Assembly (NCBI GenBank): GCA_965153285.1
Contig: OZ229117.1
DNA from: Podarcis tiliguerta
Taxonomy: Eukaryota
Strand: one strand, 5' to 3'
DNA length: 64,000 bases
The stretch's first letter is position 1. Each line of letters starts with the position of its first letter. This document shows, piece by piece, positions 1-40,249 of the stretch. The notes below the pieces were generated by a model, which saw only the letters and a list, made by a program, of their open reading frames with translations, made no database searches and was not told where the DNA came from. The translations under genes were made by a program, and so were the position numbers.

Positions 1-792
1 CTGGGGGAAGAGGGCCACAGCTTTTCTTGAGGCTGGCCAGACTCGTGTCACCTGCATTCATGTATAAGTAGTTGCAGACTGTGAAGTGGAGTGAGTGCTT
101 CTGTCTGGCTCTTTGAGCAAGTAACAGGACATATGGAGGTGTTGCTTCACTTATGTGTCCTTAAGAGCAGTTGTGTGTACAGTATGTGCATACCAATTTG
201 CAGAAGGGTTGCAAAGGGATAGGGCTAACAGTGGCTACATTCTCCCTCTGCTTTTAGAGACAGTCTGCTTCTGAATTACCAGTTGCTGGGATCACAAGTT
301 GCACAAGTGCTGTTGGGCTCAGGTCCTGCTTTTGGGCTTCCCATTGAGGCATTTGGTTGGCCCTGTAAGAACCAGGTACTGGACCAGATGGCCCCCTTTG
401 GCCTGATCCAGTAGCTAAGCTCTTCTGATGTTCTCATTTCTGTGTGAATGAGTGCTGATGTAATGACGAAATGATGAAACAGTGTGAAGCCCCAAGCACT
501 GGCGAGTGATGTGCTGGAAGAAAATGGAAGACTCATCAAAGTGGAAAGAGAAGGGAATCTGGAGCTCTTGTGGGCCTTATCTGGGACTTCCAAAGTTCTC
601 CTTGCCAGAGGCTCAAGTAACTGAAACTGAAAACCACAAAGCGGTCAGCTACAGGGGCTGCGGGGAGGGCTGCCTTTGAGGAGTAAGCAAATGAACAGAA
701 GCGAAAGCTCAAATTCTAAGCCCAAGAACACCCAATGACTGCTGCATGCACTGATGGTAAACACTCCCAGTATGCTAATAGAAGGCTACAGG

Positions 793-927
793 TAGGGTTG
801 CCATATCTTGAAGAGCAAAAAAGGGGACACATTTGCCAACTTCTACTTTTAACTATGGATCGCTATGACAACACTACCCATGAAAAAGAGGGTGTGTCCT
901 GGAAAAAGAGGACATATGGCAACCCTA
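793..927. mobile_element. Non-autonomous hAT (Blackjack/Tip100-like) MITE
   Basis: Perfect 14-bp TIRs TAGGGTTGCCATAT...ATATGGCAACCCTA. Confidence 0.8.
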
Positions 928-1885
928 ACGGGAGAGAAGGGGAACCCTGTTTTTGGAGTCTAGTTTATCACCTAGGCCATGTGCTACTCAGTGCAGCAGT
1001 GCTACTCAGGTGGGTGGGGGGAGACATTTACAGATCTCTATTGCTGCTCTGTGCTGAGAACCTCACCCCAGCATATGTGACTGAGCTGAAGGGGCCCACT
1101 CCAGCTCCCACAGCACCTGAATCAAACCCTTGAGAATCAGAGGGCGAAGGTGCACTCTGGCCTCCCAAGTGTGCAGTGCAAGCTCCGTGCTTTCCCCTTC
1201 TTGTTCAACCAATTTCAATGTCAGATTTTCCCACTCACAAGCCCATGTATGGGCGCTGTGTTTTATAACCTGGGATTATTTTTGTTTTGTCTTTTTGCAA
1301 CCATTCCTCTGTTACCTGGTGGTTTCCTGTCTCGCTGAAGGTGCTAATTAACTTCATAATGTTATGGTGGTGGTGTTTTCACCAATTACTGGTGTAATGA
1401 ATGGTAACTTCGCTTTGCACATAATTGTCACAGACTGGACTTTTTATATTTCTTAGCCATTTGGTGTCCAGTTCACATTTGTCCTCCCCACTCCTGACAC
1501 CCCTACCTGCCAACTGAAGATAGCTATTCATACACCTCCAGTCCATGAACACTTGTGCCTTATTTGCTAGCCTTTTAAAGTGCCACAAGCCTCTGCTGAT
1601 TTAGTGTGTTGCCAAAGAGTTGCCTCTGTTTTCTCTTGAATGCTGGGCTTGCAGTGTGAGTTGACTTGCAGAGTTGAGCCTCCACTCTTGCTTTCCACGA
1701 GTTTGCCATTCATGTGTGTAAAATACTTCACCTAAATCACCTCATTGTGATCCTAACAGCAGCCGGGTAAAGCAGGTTAGTGTGATTATCCCCTGTTGCA
1801 GATGTGGGACTGACACAGAGAGAGAAAGAGAGTGGTGTACGGCAGAGGCAAGATTCAGATGAGGAATTTCCTTATCTCTTAGCCT

Positions 1886-2022
1886 AGCCTTCCCTAACCC
1901 GGTGCCCTCCAGATGTTTTGGACTGTAACTCTCATCAGCCCCAACATCATATGGCCATATTGGCTGAGCTGAGGCTGATCGGAGCTATAGTCTAATACAT
2001 CTGGAAGGCCAAGGCTGGTGAA
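1886..2022. mobile_element. Palindromic ~130-bp hAT-type MITE; representative of >=12 copies (also ~2453-2573, 8249-8372, 23295-23400, 36929-37067, 39885-40000, 41572-41690, 45689-45815, 47860-47948, 57057-57195, 63802-63935)
   Basis: Recurrent fold-back core GGACTACAACTCCCATCAGCCCCAG...CTGGGGCTGATGGGAGTTGTAGTCC with CAGCCTTCCCCAACC-like ends. Confidence 0.8.
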
Positions 2023-2753
2023 GTTTTTCTTAGCCATTCTGCCATGCTTTGTTCTTTTATTTTTCAAAACATGAGTGGTATCTTTCCATTTTAAAAACTC
2101 CCAGGGTGGCCAATACCACCAAAAACAAAAAACACCTGGCAGCAAAACCCAATGTTCGTATATTTAGCCCCACAAACTTCTCTGAGAAAACTTGGGCCTC
2201 TTGTGCTAGTCAAAGCACAAAATCTAATCCTATTAACCAAGGTAGCGGGGAGTGTGGGGAGTGGAAAACCTGTCCCAGTAAGTAGCTCACATTGCATGCT
2301 GTTAGAGCATTGCTGCAGAACATTGCTGTCAACAGGCCTGTGATCTTCCTGCACACAGTGAGGGAGAGCAGGCATGCTTTTGGGTGGCTACCCTCTCAAA
2401 TCAACTTTCTAGGCAGACTGCTGGACTCTTGGCTTTGCAGTGTGAAACACTACCCCCGGATATGGTGTCCTCCACATGTTGTAGGACTGCAACTCCTGCC
2501 ATGGCCGTCCTGGCTGGGGCTGATGGGAGTTGTAGTCCAAAACATCAGGAGGACACCAGGTTGGGGAAGGCTGCTGTAGAGCTGTTCAAGTGCTTCTTAA
2601 GATTGTTGATTAGCAACACAGCTGCCTGCTCTTGGTGGCTCAAAAGATCCTCCCTCTGTTAAGGAGCTGGCCTGAGGTCACTTGCAGAAGGATGGAAGAG
2701 GAATGTAAGATGCTCAGAGTTGCTGCCAGGAAAGCTGTGACTCCCCTTTGTGA

Positions 2754-30208
<27,455 letters not shown>

Positions 30209-30523
30209 GGAAGCACAAGTGCCAGTGGATTAGAGGACTCCTGCTACTGTGCGCACAACCTCAGAACTACACCAGGGTCTCTCAGGGAAGTGGGGTTTGG
30301 GAGCCGAGCAGCTGGGCTCTTGAACCCCTGTGGCCTCAGAAGTGCTAGTCTGCAATGAGGGAGTGGCTGGTCCTTGAGCTGTGGCTCCTGAGAGCAGACT
30401 GGGCCATTGCCTGCCTAGAAGATTGCTCCCATGGGCAGATTTTGCAGAAATTTGACACTTATTCAAGGGTGTCCCTTACGAGGGAAGGACTGTCTTGGGG
30501 CTGCTGCTGGGATCAGTCAATGC

Positions 30524-30529
30524 AATAAA
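30524..30529 (+). terminator. Likely TANGO6 polyadenylation signal (AATAAA)
   Basis: First AATAAA ~315 nt after the stop, followed by T/GT-rich sequence; a second AATAAA lies near 31239. Confidence 0.55.
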
Positions 30530-33500
30530 TTTAATAGGGGGAAACTTTATTGTGTGGAAAGTGTGCATGCCTTCATAGACCAGGGTTCAGATACTCCACC
30601 TGGCTGGTAGCAGATGGTGTCCAGTGGAGAGGGAGTCAAATTTAGAGCAGGTATAAGAGGAGTGGCTATGATCATGAATTGCAGAGTCCCTGGCTGTAAT
30701 CCCTGGTTGGCTGTGAAGTCACCAGCTGGCCCTATGTGAACTCCTGCCTTGTATCCTCTTCCTTGGTTTTTATGGGATGTTTGCATGAAATGAAGCTGAA
30801 GTGTGGTCCCGTCCTTCACAGGCCCTTGACTGGGGCATTCCATTCTGCCTTTTGCTTTTTGTTTTGGACTGTAAATGCAACAGAGGGAAGTTTGTCTAGA
30901 TTTCTTTTTTTAAAAAATCCTGCATGACTCAGTTATAGGAAGTCAGCTCAACAAGTTTACAGCTAATTGTACTTTGGAAATTCTGTAAAAATTGTATTTT
31001 AAAGAAATAACAGGAGGGGAACAAGTCACACCTCAGAATGGCATGATGGAGCTTGAACAGTCCTCAGCCATCCCTTCTGTGGTGGCTAGAAAGGGACACT
31101 CAAGGCCACTGCCACATTGGCTGTCTGATTAGTCCTCTCCAAAATCTTCACCTAGTGCAGCGTCATAGCCTAGCTCTAACAACAAAAAGAGTCAGTCAAG
31201 GCAAAATCCAATATGTCCACCTTTTCTGTACACAATACAATAAAAGGAAGGTATGGAATGGCAGCTGCTGGGCCAGGCCTTCCACCACTCCAACCCTTTT
31301 CTTGAGAATTAGAGTAAAGAAGGTGCCACAGAGCATTAAAGGGAAACACTTCTTCTAGTCATCTTATGCAACAACACTGACTGCTGCAATTGCATTCTTG
31401 ACAACCTGGAAACGCTCACACCTACTTCATACAAATTACTTTCATTGAAATACCCTGCTGTGTGTTGGAAACTTTGCTGATGCATTGAAATGCTTCTTCA
31501 CTCTTGACTAATCCTAACACTCATCTGGAGTAGTAGCAGCTGCATGAATAGTGTATAATCTGTGGGCATGGAGCCTTCCACCAAGGATTGCTAACCTGTC
31601 TCCCCCCCCCCCAATGTTCCTGAAGTCACATTGTCCCCAGCCAGCATGGCCAGCGATGATGGATGTTATAGTCCCAACATCTAAAATCCCAAATACTTCA
31701 CATCTTCAGCTCACACAGACACAGAGGCAAAAAGCTTGCAGTCTGGGGCATGCAATGGAGAAAAGAGGAAGGAAGGAAACAATACAGGCAAAGTTTAATG
31801 TACTTAAATTCCACTCTTGTTAGGATTGAGGATTAAAGTGCCAAACTAAAGGGCATGAGGAATACCTGGCATGGGCCACTTGAAATGGAGAGAGTATGGC
31901 CTGGGAAAGAGGGATAAAATAATACTTTGAGGCCAGTATCAGGATGTTAATAATCCCCTCCCCCAAACTATTACTGCATAGATGACCTTTGGGATCATTT
32001 CCAACTCTACAATTCTATGATTCTGTGTTGGATTCACCAACTGAAGCTGATTCTGCAGTGGTTCTGTTGTGCTTTCCTTGGCCCTGAACAGTGTGTGAGA
32101 GTTTAGGACAGGACTGAGTGAGGAGCATCAGTCCACACCATCCCTGGCCCCTCAACATCGCTTGCCATTGACCATGCTGGCTCGGGCTGTTGGGCATTGC
32201 AGTCCAGCAATATTTGTGGCAAGGAGGTGCACAGGTTTCCTGCTCCAGGTTTATAGAGAAGAAACCAGGTGAAGGGTTGCTGCTTTGGGGCATAATGGTA
32301 CCAATGCCCACTATAGTGCTGCCCTGCCTTCGTCTCCCCACTCCTGGCTTCCGAAGAACCAGCATCAATTTCCCTGTAAGGAGCAGCCCAATCCCTGAGC
32401 CCCTGCTCTCAGCCTTTCCTTTTTCTCCTCTGCAAGTCCTGCTGGAGGGTGTCTGCTTGTCCCCAGGTGACCTCTCAAGCAGTCTGTGAACGGAGTGTGT
32501 GCTAACATCCAGCAGGTGTCCATCAGGAAGGAAGGGGTGCTCCAAAGACCCACAGACATCAGAGCTGGGTTGGGGGAGCAGGCGCAGAGGGGTGAAATCT
32601 GTCTGCTTTGCTGCCAAGAGCCTACCGTAGCTTCAGGTAAAGAGATTGCTTTCTATGGGGCGTCATGGATATGCTGGGAGCTCAGGTTGTGCCACCAGCA
32701 CTTCTGCTGGCAGTTGTTATGTGACTCTTCCGCAGCCTGCGAGGAACCAGCACACTGCAGAATAATGAGTTCCAGGGAGAAGGACCAGCAGCTGATGGCT
32801 AACCAAAAAAAAAAAGGAGAGAAAGGGGGTGGGGGAGAGCGAACTGAAGACAATTGTTCTTCCCAAGTTCCTGGATCACACAAGGAAAGCCGTCCCTGAG
32901 AATAGCAACCCTGGTGAAGCTATTTCTACAGCCAGGGGGTGTTTAGAGAGATGGTTTTTATAGACTCCAGGAATAGCTATACAGTCTGTGCGTTGGAGGA
33001 AAGGGGGGTTGGGGGGGGAGCAGCAGCTCAGAAACTGTCATTGTCCTTGCAGGGGGAGTGCCGGGTTGCTGCAGGTTCCGCTCCCTGGGGTAGGCGGTTT
33101 CTGTGCCCTTCTCTGTCCCAGGGCAGGGGGCTGCAGTCCCCGGAGTCCCTTAAAGGGTTCAGCCTTGCCTAGGTAGAAGGTTGACTGTTTGGGTTTTTTC
33201 CCCTTTCTTTTTTGGTACCTTCCTGCCCTGGGATGATTTTGCCTGGGCTCTGGCTCCTCCGCCCCTCCACGCTTGCTCCAGCCAAAGGTTATTGAATGAA
33301 AAGTCTCTTTTCTTCTTGGCTGCAATTCCGCCTCTGCAAACAAGGCGATTCCTGTGCAGGAGGGGGTGGGAAGCTGCTTCTCTACCTTGGAAAAGCAGGG
33401 TTTTTCCCCCCCTTCTCCCGAAGAGGCACAGAACCCTGAGCGAGAAGCCGTGCCTGGGAGCTGCCTTTGCATCGAAAGGTAAGATGTTGCAATGCTGGCG

Positions 33501-36087
33501 GTTCCACAATGGAGTGGGTTTGAAAGGCAGCACCTGCTGATACGGTCCTGGGCGGAGGGTGTGCATCTTGCCTGTGGTCCCCAACGGGCACTCTTGTCCC
33601 TGCTCCAGCCTCAGCCAGGCACCTGTGGTTTGCCATGGGGCAATTCCTGCTGCAGCTGGTCTGGCAAAAAGGAGAGGAAACCTTAAGCTCACAGCAGTCC
33701 TTTCTCTGCTCCCTCATTGTCCTTTAGATACTGGACCCCGGCAACTCGTGGGAGGGGGCCAAGGGGGTGTGTCGCGGCTGCGGCATGCCGAAAGGGACCG
33801 TCTTATAAGTGTCGTTTCTGCTGAGGGTGTCCCCCAAAGGGACCCCTTTCGCAGTATCGCTCCTGGCCATTGTGCGCTTGACCCTTTGGGTGCTCTCTGA
33901 GTGCCTCCGCTGGATCCAGGGTGGCACACACTGAAACTCAGCCCCAGGCACTGCCTTCAGTTCCTGAAAAGGTGCAAGTGAGCTTGTATTAATCCTTTTG
34001 CATAAAGTGTGGTCCTGTAAATGGAGGATCCCCTTACAGCGTCTTTTCGAGACTGTCTCTGAATGACAAGTGGGAGGCAGTGAGAGCAGGCAGGGAAGAA
34101 ATGGATCTGGATGCCTGGCTCTTCGATGGGCTCATTGCGTGGCTTTGGGCAAACTGTCGTCTGGTGGGACTTGCTTGTTCATCTGTAAAATGGGCACCAC
34201 AGTGATCGTATGGGGTGGCTGTAAGGGAAAGCAGCGTAACAACTGTAAGTTTTTTGTGCTGTTTTTAACAACAGGTAAATCATTTCACTGGCTTACTGGC
34301 TAGTGGGTTGCAGGGTGCCTCTGGAACAGTTGTGTCTGTTCGGGAGGGATATCATCAACTGGGTGCTTCTGAGCAACCAAGTTGCGTGTTGTGGCTCCAC
34401 AGTAAACCAGAAGGCCTAAAGAAGGCTTATGGGCATTATTTGTAACTTTCGTGATCAGAAGGCCTTTTCAAACTTTTGTTGCTTTTGAACCTAAATGGCT
34501 CGCTGTTTAGACAAGTTCACTGAGACTGTGTGGAGGGCGAAGGAAAGGCCTAGATGAGCAATGGGGAGACGGGGGATTAGGAAGGCCCAGGAGGAAAAGT
34601 AGCTCCTCAAACTGTCAGCCACTCGAAGGCCCCCTATTTAAAAAATAACACTTGCTTTGGACGGTGGAAGGTATTGAAAGGGATGCTTGTGAGGCTTGGC
34701 AAGGGAAAGGAAATGAAGGACAGGCCTACTTTTCCAACCAGCCTCGCCCAAGGAAGCTGAAGGCCCAAGAGGGTTTTGTGCTGCAAAGAGATTTGGAGGC
34801 CTCTTGAGAAGCACCCTTGCCAAACTTAAAAATCACTCCCAGGATTCTTTGGGGGAAAGTCATGGGACTTGCCCTGTGTTTGCTTTTGCTTGTGGGCACA
34901 GCTGTGGGGTCTAAAGAGATCGCTGCCAGGCAAGGCTCAGCTCTGGCCTCTCTCCTGAAAGCCCTGCAGTTTGCCCCCTCCCATCTGATGTTCCTCAGCC
35001 CCTGGCAGTGCCCACCCCTTGCCTCATGTTCCCCTCCCAGAGACAGGCTTTCTGGGGAAGGACCAGACCAGGGAGCTTCCACCTCTCTGGCATTTTACAC
35101 CAAGAGCTTTAGAAGCCAGGCCAGCCATTTCCTAACTGTGAGTTTTAAAAACCTATTTTACTTTCTTTTTTGTGTGTGTGTGCCTGGACTTGGGGGGGGG
35201 GGTGATTTTAGGAAGGGGTTAGGAGACCATAAACCACCAGAGTTGAAAAACCTTCCTGGGCCTGTTGAGAGACCAAAAGCCAGATGGAGGTCAAAGCAGA
35301 GGTGGAGAAAATTGCTCAAGGTATCCTAAATTTTCTGTTCTGGTGCTTCAGTTGGGCCTATCATAGAGTGAACCAGGGAACTGGGGATAGTTGTGGTGGA
35401 ATCTTTTCCCTTGTGTAAGATTCAGAGGTCCCCTCATAGACCCACCTTTCTGAAGCATTAGAGACAGTCAAGGCAGGCACAGCATGTTGGGTGGTGTGGA
35501 GTTGTGACCCATTCATGCTTTTTTTAATGACATGGTGGCTAGGATTTTGCTCCTCCCTTCAGGGATCTCTGTATTCAGGGCTAGGAACCTGTGAGCCCAA
35601 GCTCAGGTTGCCTAGTGACTTTGGAAGTGGGGGGTCAGGTCTGTACTTTCCCATGAAGTGTGTGCCTTGATTTGAGCCACCTGGAATTTGCCAGCATCTC
35701 CCTGACTTGTGTGTGTCCCTCTAGTGATCAGAGTTGCACAGTCCACATTCTGCAGTGTGTGCATATATGTGAATATGAAGATGAATGGAGGAGGGTTATC
35801 CGATGCAGTTAGGTGGTCTTTTGTTATTTTTCCAGCTCCATGATTTTAGGAAGGGATTAATGGACTCATAAGTCATGGTAGTTCCTTGAATATGCACCAA
35901 GTAAGGCTTGTTAGTTGTTTTACAGTAGTTTTGGTAAGAATAACAGGGTCATTAATCTTGAGCTAATCTCTGGCATGTGTATGTATGTGTGGATGCGGGG
36001 AAGCCGTGAGGGTACTAAGCAGGCAGGTCAACTCTTAAGTTCTGCAATTGATAGGCTTGTGGTATAGTATATGAAGAAATCCTAAAG

Positions 36088-36277
36088 CAGAGCTTTCCAA
36101 ACTGTGTGTTGCAACATGTTAGTGTGTCAGCTGCAATGTGTAGGTGTGTCGTGCAAACACTCCCCGCGCTCCTCCTGGGGCTGGGAAAGGGGTTAGTTTA
36201 ACCCTTAGTTATTAAAAGTGAATTACTGTGTCACGAAATAAAGCATGTCTAAAAAGTGAACAATATGAAAAGCTCTG
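36088..36277. mobile_element. hAT MITE
   Basis: TIRs CAGAGCTTT...AAAGCTCTG; perfect 8-bp TSD TCCTAAAG at 36080-36087 and 36278-36285. Confidence 0.85.
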
Positions 36278-37996
36278 TCCTAAAGTCTTACATGCCAGTT
36301 TATCTTGACAACTGGATTTTTGAGTTCAAGGAATTCACAAAGGTACCTGGGCCACCGGCCATTTGCTGACTACAGAATTCTCTGGGCAAATTTCTTCTAG
36401 GAACAAACACACACACTTTCATCTCTCTTAGTTTTTACATGTTTTTGAAGAGGCCCTGGCAAAATAGTGCATCTCTATGACTTTCCTTCCCTCTTCAGTT
36501 CAGGACCCAAATAAACCTTTTCGTTTGTTGTCAGAAAATAATTGATGCAGGACTCAGGTGCACCTGTCAGGGATCAAAGTGAATGCAGTGTTTCAGTTAT
36601 TTGGGGAAAGATGAGAGGAGAGCTGAATGAAATCCATAATCTCGCTCTCCTGCTTCCCCATAATTTTTACCAAATCTTCCTGCACCCTTGCCTCCCAGAA
36701 GAGCCTTCTAAAGAGACTAGCTGGGTGAGACATCACTCAAGGTAAGGGAGTCATGGCCACTACAGACACCCTCTAATTTGAGCACTGTGCCCACCTGAGG
36801 TGGGTTGGATCCCATGATGCTAACCTGATTATTTTACCTCCACTTTCTACCACAGTTGCCAGTCAGTTTCTAAATGCAGGTGATTTTGTAGCCAGTTGTA
36901 CTCATTTCGCTTACATTATCCGTTAAAGCAGCCCTCGCCAACCTGGGCCCTTTATATGTTTTGGACTACAACTCCCATCAGCCTCAGCATCATTCAGGTG
37001 TGCTGGCTGAGGCCAATGGGAAGTTGTAGTTCAAAGCATCAGAAGGACTCCAGGCTAGCAAAGGCTGTACTGGTCCATAAGTATGTTCAGCAGATCGACT
37101 TCCCAAATATACATGTGATAGCCTGACCTGAAAGAGGGAGAGAAAATCCAGTTTGCAAAAGATTCCTTGCCTGGAGGTAATTCACTTGCCACCAGCGGCC
37201 AGCATAGTGGCTGTTTACAAGGCTAAATTAAGTTGCTAAAATTAGCAGCAGAGGAATGATCTGAACAGTAACAATTGGCTATGAAGTGAATGTTTGGGTA
37301 TCATGAACAATAACTCAAGGGGAACAAGATTGTAAGATCACTCAACGGTATTGCCAATGAAGGGTGCACTTAAGCCAGCTCTTTAACTTGGACACACCTT
37401 GGGGAGCCCATTCTGCATTAGTTAATGCAGCAGCTAAACTAGGCAAAGTAGCTATTCTGTGACTTCCAGATGTTACTGGACTCCCATCATCCCTGATTAT
37501 TAGCCATGTTTTCTGGGGCTGTTTGGAATTAGAATCTAACAATATTGAGAGCGGGGGAACAGATTAGCCTTTCCTGGGGTAAAAGGGTTATTTGCCGTTA
37601 GGAAAAATCCAGAGTTCTAATAAAGGACTTCATTGCTTGATTGGATTTTGGAATTCTCTTTTCTACAAAATCCTTCCACTGTAGTGTTACTGATGTTCTA
37701 ATTATTGTAATTTCCTTGGAAATCTCTGCAAACACCCAACCCTTTTTGCTAAGTTTAACTTAACAAAAAAGAAGGGTATTATATTTCACACGCATCTGAA
37801 GGCAAGGAGGTGTGAGATTCGTGTGTGTGTGTGTTGAGGTGACAGGCAAGTGACGACAAGATTCTCTTAAGAAACAGACTTGTGTGTGATTCCTTAGTTC
37901 TCATCTGTGCTCTTGCCTACAAAGACTCTTGATAAAGTTATTATCCCCATTCAGGATTGTGTGCACAATCAAGTTTGGCAGGCCAAACCCAATGTC

Positions 37997-38047
37997 TGTG
38001 TGTGTGTGTGTGTGTGCGCGTGCGCACACACACACACACACACACAC
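37997..38047. repeat. Compound (TG)n-CGCGTGCG-(CA)n microsatellite
   Basis: Read directly; 51-bp alternating purine-pyrimidine tract, self-complementary. Confidence 0.95.
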
Positions 38048-38780
38048 TATAAGTGGCTTCACTGCAACTCTCTCACACAAGAACAAAATGATCATAGATA
38101 TCACCCAAAACTAAAAATGCTTAAGAACACCCATCTATCTGAGCATCTCATTTTCCACAGTGGCCAACCAGATGCTTCAGTGGGAAGCTCACAAGTAGGA
38201 AATGGGGACCTCTTAGCACATGTTCCTCAACTACTGCCTCTGATACTGCAGGTAGCATACCGGCATCCTGGCTAGCAGCCACTGACAGCATCAACCTCTT
38301 TATTCTTCCCTTTAGCTACTCCCAGTACCCTTAATCTCCCCACTTTTAAAGCCATCTAAGGCTGTGTGTACATCACCAACTTGAAATGCAGCCAGGCTGT
38401 TATTTTTCTCAATGTGGATCGAAGGTGGTTTGGGGGGAAATGCATCAGAATGCAGTATTTCCTAAGAAACAACAGGATAGATATGGATTGTGGCTAACTT
38501 GGTGTATATACCACTTCCCACATCAGCAGGGTGGAGGTGCATTGGGTGCACAGTAAATGGAAGTGTGTACACAGCCTAAGCTAAGTTGGTGTTTTTCATG
38601 ACATCTTTGCTAACTCTATCCTTTGTCAGGAAGCTGTAGAAAAATATATTTGTGATAAAGGTGGGGGGGTTCTTAAGTCGTCTTCTTAATATTTTTAGAT
38701 GTTCTGACTCTGCTCAGCCAGAGACACTGAAAAAAGAGCAGATAAAAAGGTGATTCTCATTTGTATAATGAGTAGGACTG

Positions 38781-38858
38781 TTTGTTGATTTCTTGTTTAG
38801 ATTTAGTTGGTTAAATTTGTTTGTTGATTTCTTGTTTAGATTTAGTTGGTTAAATTTG
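38781..38858. repeat. Perfect 39-bp tandem duplication
   Basis: TTTGTTGATTTCTTGTTTAGATTTAGTTGGTTAAATTTG x2. Confidence 0.95.
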
Positions 38859-38881
38859 TGTAAGTAAAAACAATAATTTTG

Positions 38882-39116
38882 TTTTTTTTTAATAATATTT
38901 TTTATTAGAATTTTTACATAGAAAAAAAGAAAAGAAAAATACAAAAATACAAAAAACAAAAAAACAAAAAAAACCAATTCCATTTTCATAATATTCTTTG
39001 CATTTACTTATTTCCCAGACTTTCCCACACCTCCCCTCACTGTATTCCAGTTCATCTATTAGGTCAGCAAATCCCTTCCCTCTATCTTAACTTAATCTTT
39101 ATCTTAAATTCTTAAT
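38882..39116 (-). mobile_element. 5'-truncated L1-type retroposon insertion
   Basis: Poly-T plus TTTATT at the left end (AATAAA and polyA on -); perfect 18-bp TSD GTAAAAACAATAATTTTG at 38864-38881 and 39117-39134. Confidence 0.8.
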
Positions 39117-39479
39117 GTAAAAACAATAATTTTGAAGCAAATGGCTTGCTTTGTTTTTAGACAATCGACGTACATGTTTCACAGCAGATCTCTAGGAAAA
39201 GGCATTTCCTCTCTTAGGAAGAAGGGAGAATATACCTTCTAATATTGTGCTTAGCCACTTGCACTTGTTACAAATCTTTGCATTGGAAATGATATATATT
39301 GAAATAAATCTGCTTCCTGATTTATTGAAGGCAGCTTCGTAGTGAATTAAAAGCTTTTTTAATTGATTAATCAATGAAACGTTGCAGCCCCTAATACTGA
39401 CTGGCAGAAAAAAGACTGGGTACGCTGTGATGGGAGTTGTTTGTTGCAGCTCCTTCTGGAGAGGACTCTCTGCAAGTCT

Positions 39480-39675
39480 TTAGCAACAAAACTGACAAGA
39501 GACTTTTATGGTACCTTAAAGGCTAACAGATTTAGGATGGCAGGAGCTCTTGTGGACTGTTTCATCCAATGTACAAAGGATGCTCCTAATTATTGGGACC
39601 TAATCCGATGCTGTGGATTTCAGGCCAGGAAGGCTATTGCCAGAATAAATCTTTAGGGTATCCCACGATTCTGGT
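39480..39675. mobile_element. Highly decayed Penelope-like inverted terminal repeat (another remnant near 1510-1600)
   Basis: GGTACCTTAAAGGCTAACAGATTT...AATAAATCTTTAGGGGTATCCCAC resembles the better-preserved element at 54322-54541. Confidence 0.5.
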
Positions 39676-40249
39676 TTTGAGGCTTTCCCCCCTCTCCCTG
39701 GTCCTCAGACTTGCTGTGCTGCTTCTCTGATGCCGGGGCCACCAGCAAGGGCAGCTGAGTTGCCTCAGTGGAAATCTCATCTTTTATTCAGGTCCCTGCA
39801 TGGAAAATAAGTGTGTGTGCAAGAACCTGAGCCTCCGTCAGTCTGCATGTGGAGGAACCTTTCAATCCTCCTCACTGTTGCCTTCGCCAGGCTGCTGCCC
39901 TCCAGATGTCTTGGACTGTAACTCCCATCAGACTCAGCCAGGTACTGGCTGGGACTGATGGGAGTTGTAGTTCAAAGCTCCCGGAGGGCAGAAGGCTGTT
40001 GAAGCCTGAGAAAGAGGGTGGCTTGGCAGTGACCTAGGAGGAAAGGGGCAGGATCCCACCCCGCTTTGGTCTTTAGGCTGCAATGAACCTCCACATGCTG
40101 GGCACAAGCACCATGCGAGCTAGGGGTGGGAAGTAACTTCTGCGTTAGTGTGCCCTTCAAGGAGGTATCTCTCCAGATGTATGGATAGCAACTTCCAGCC
40201 TGCACGGATGGAGGTGACTTTTTGGGGATGTATTCACGACTGTTTCAAT

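Noticed and set aside
1886-2573. Recurrent palindromic repeats suggestive of CRISPR arrays or pre-miRNAs
   Set aside because: Dispersed, diverged, non-periodic MITE copies in a vertebrate genome. No spacer structure or cas genes, and no sequence-only evidence for miRNA processing.
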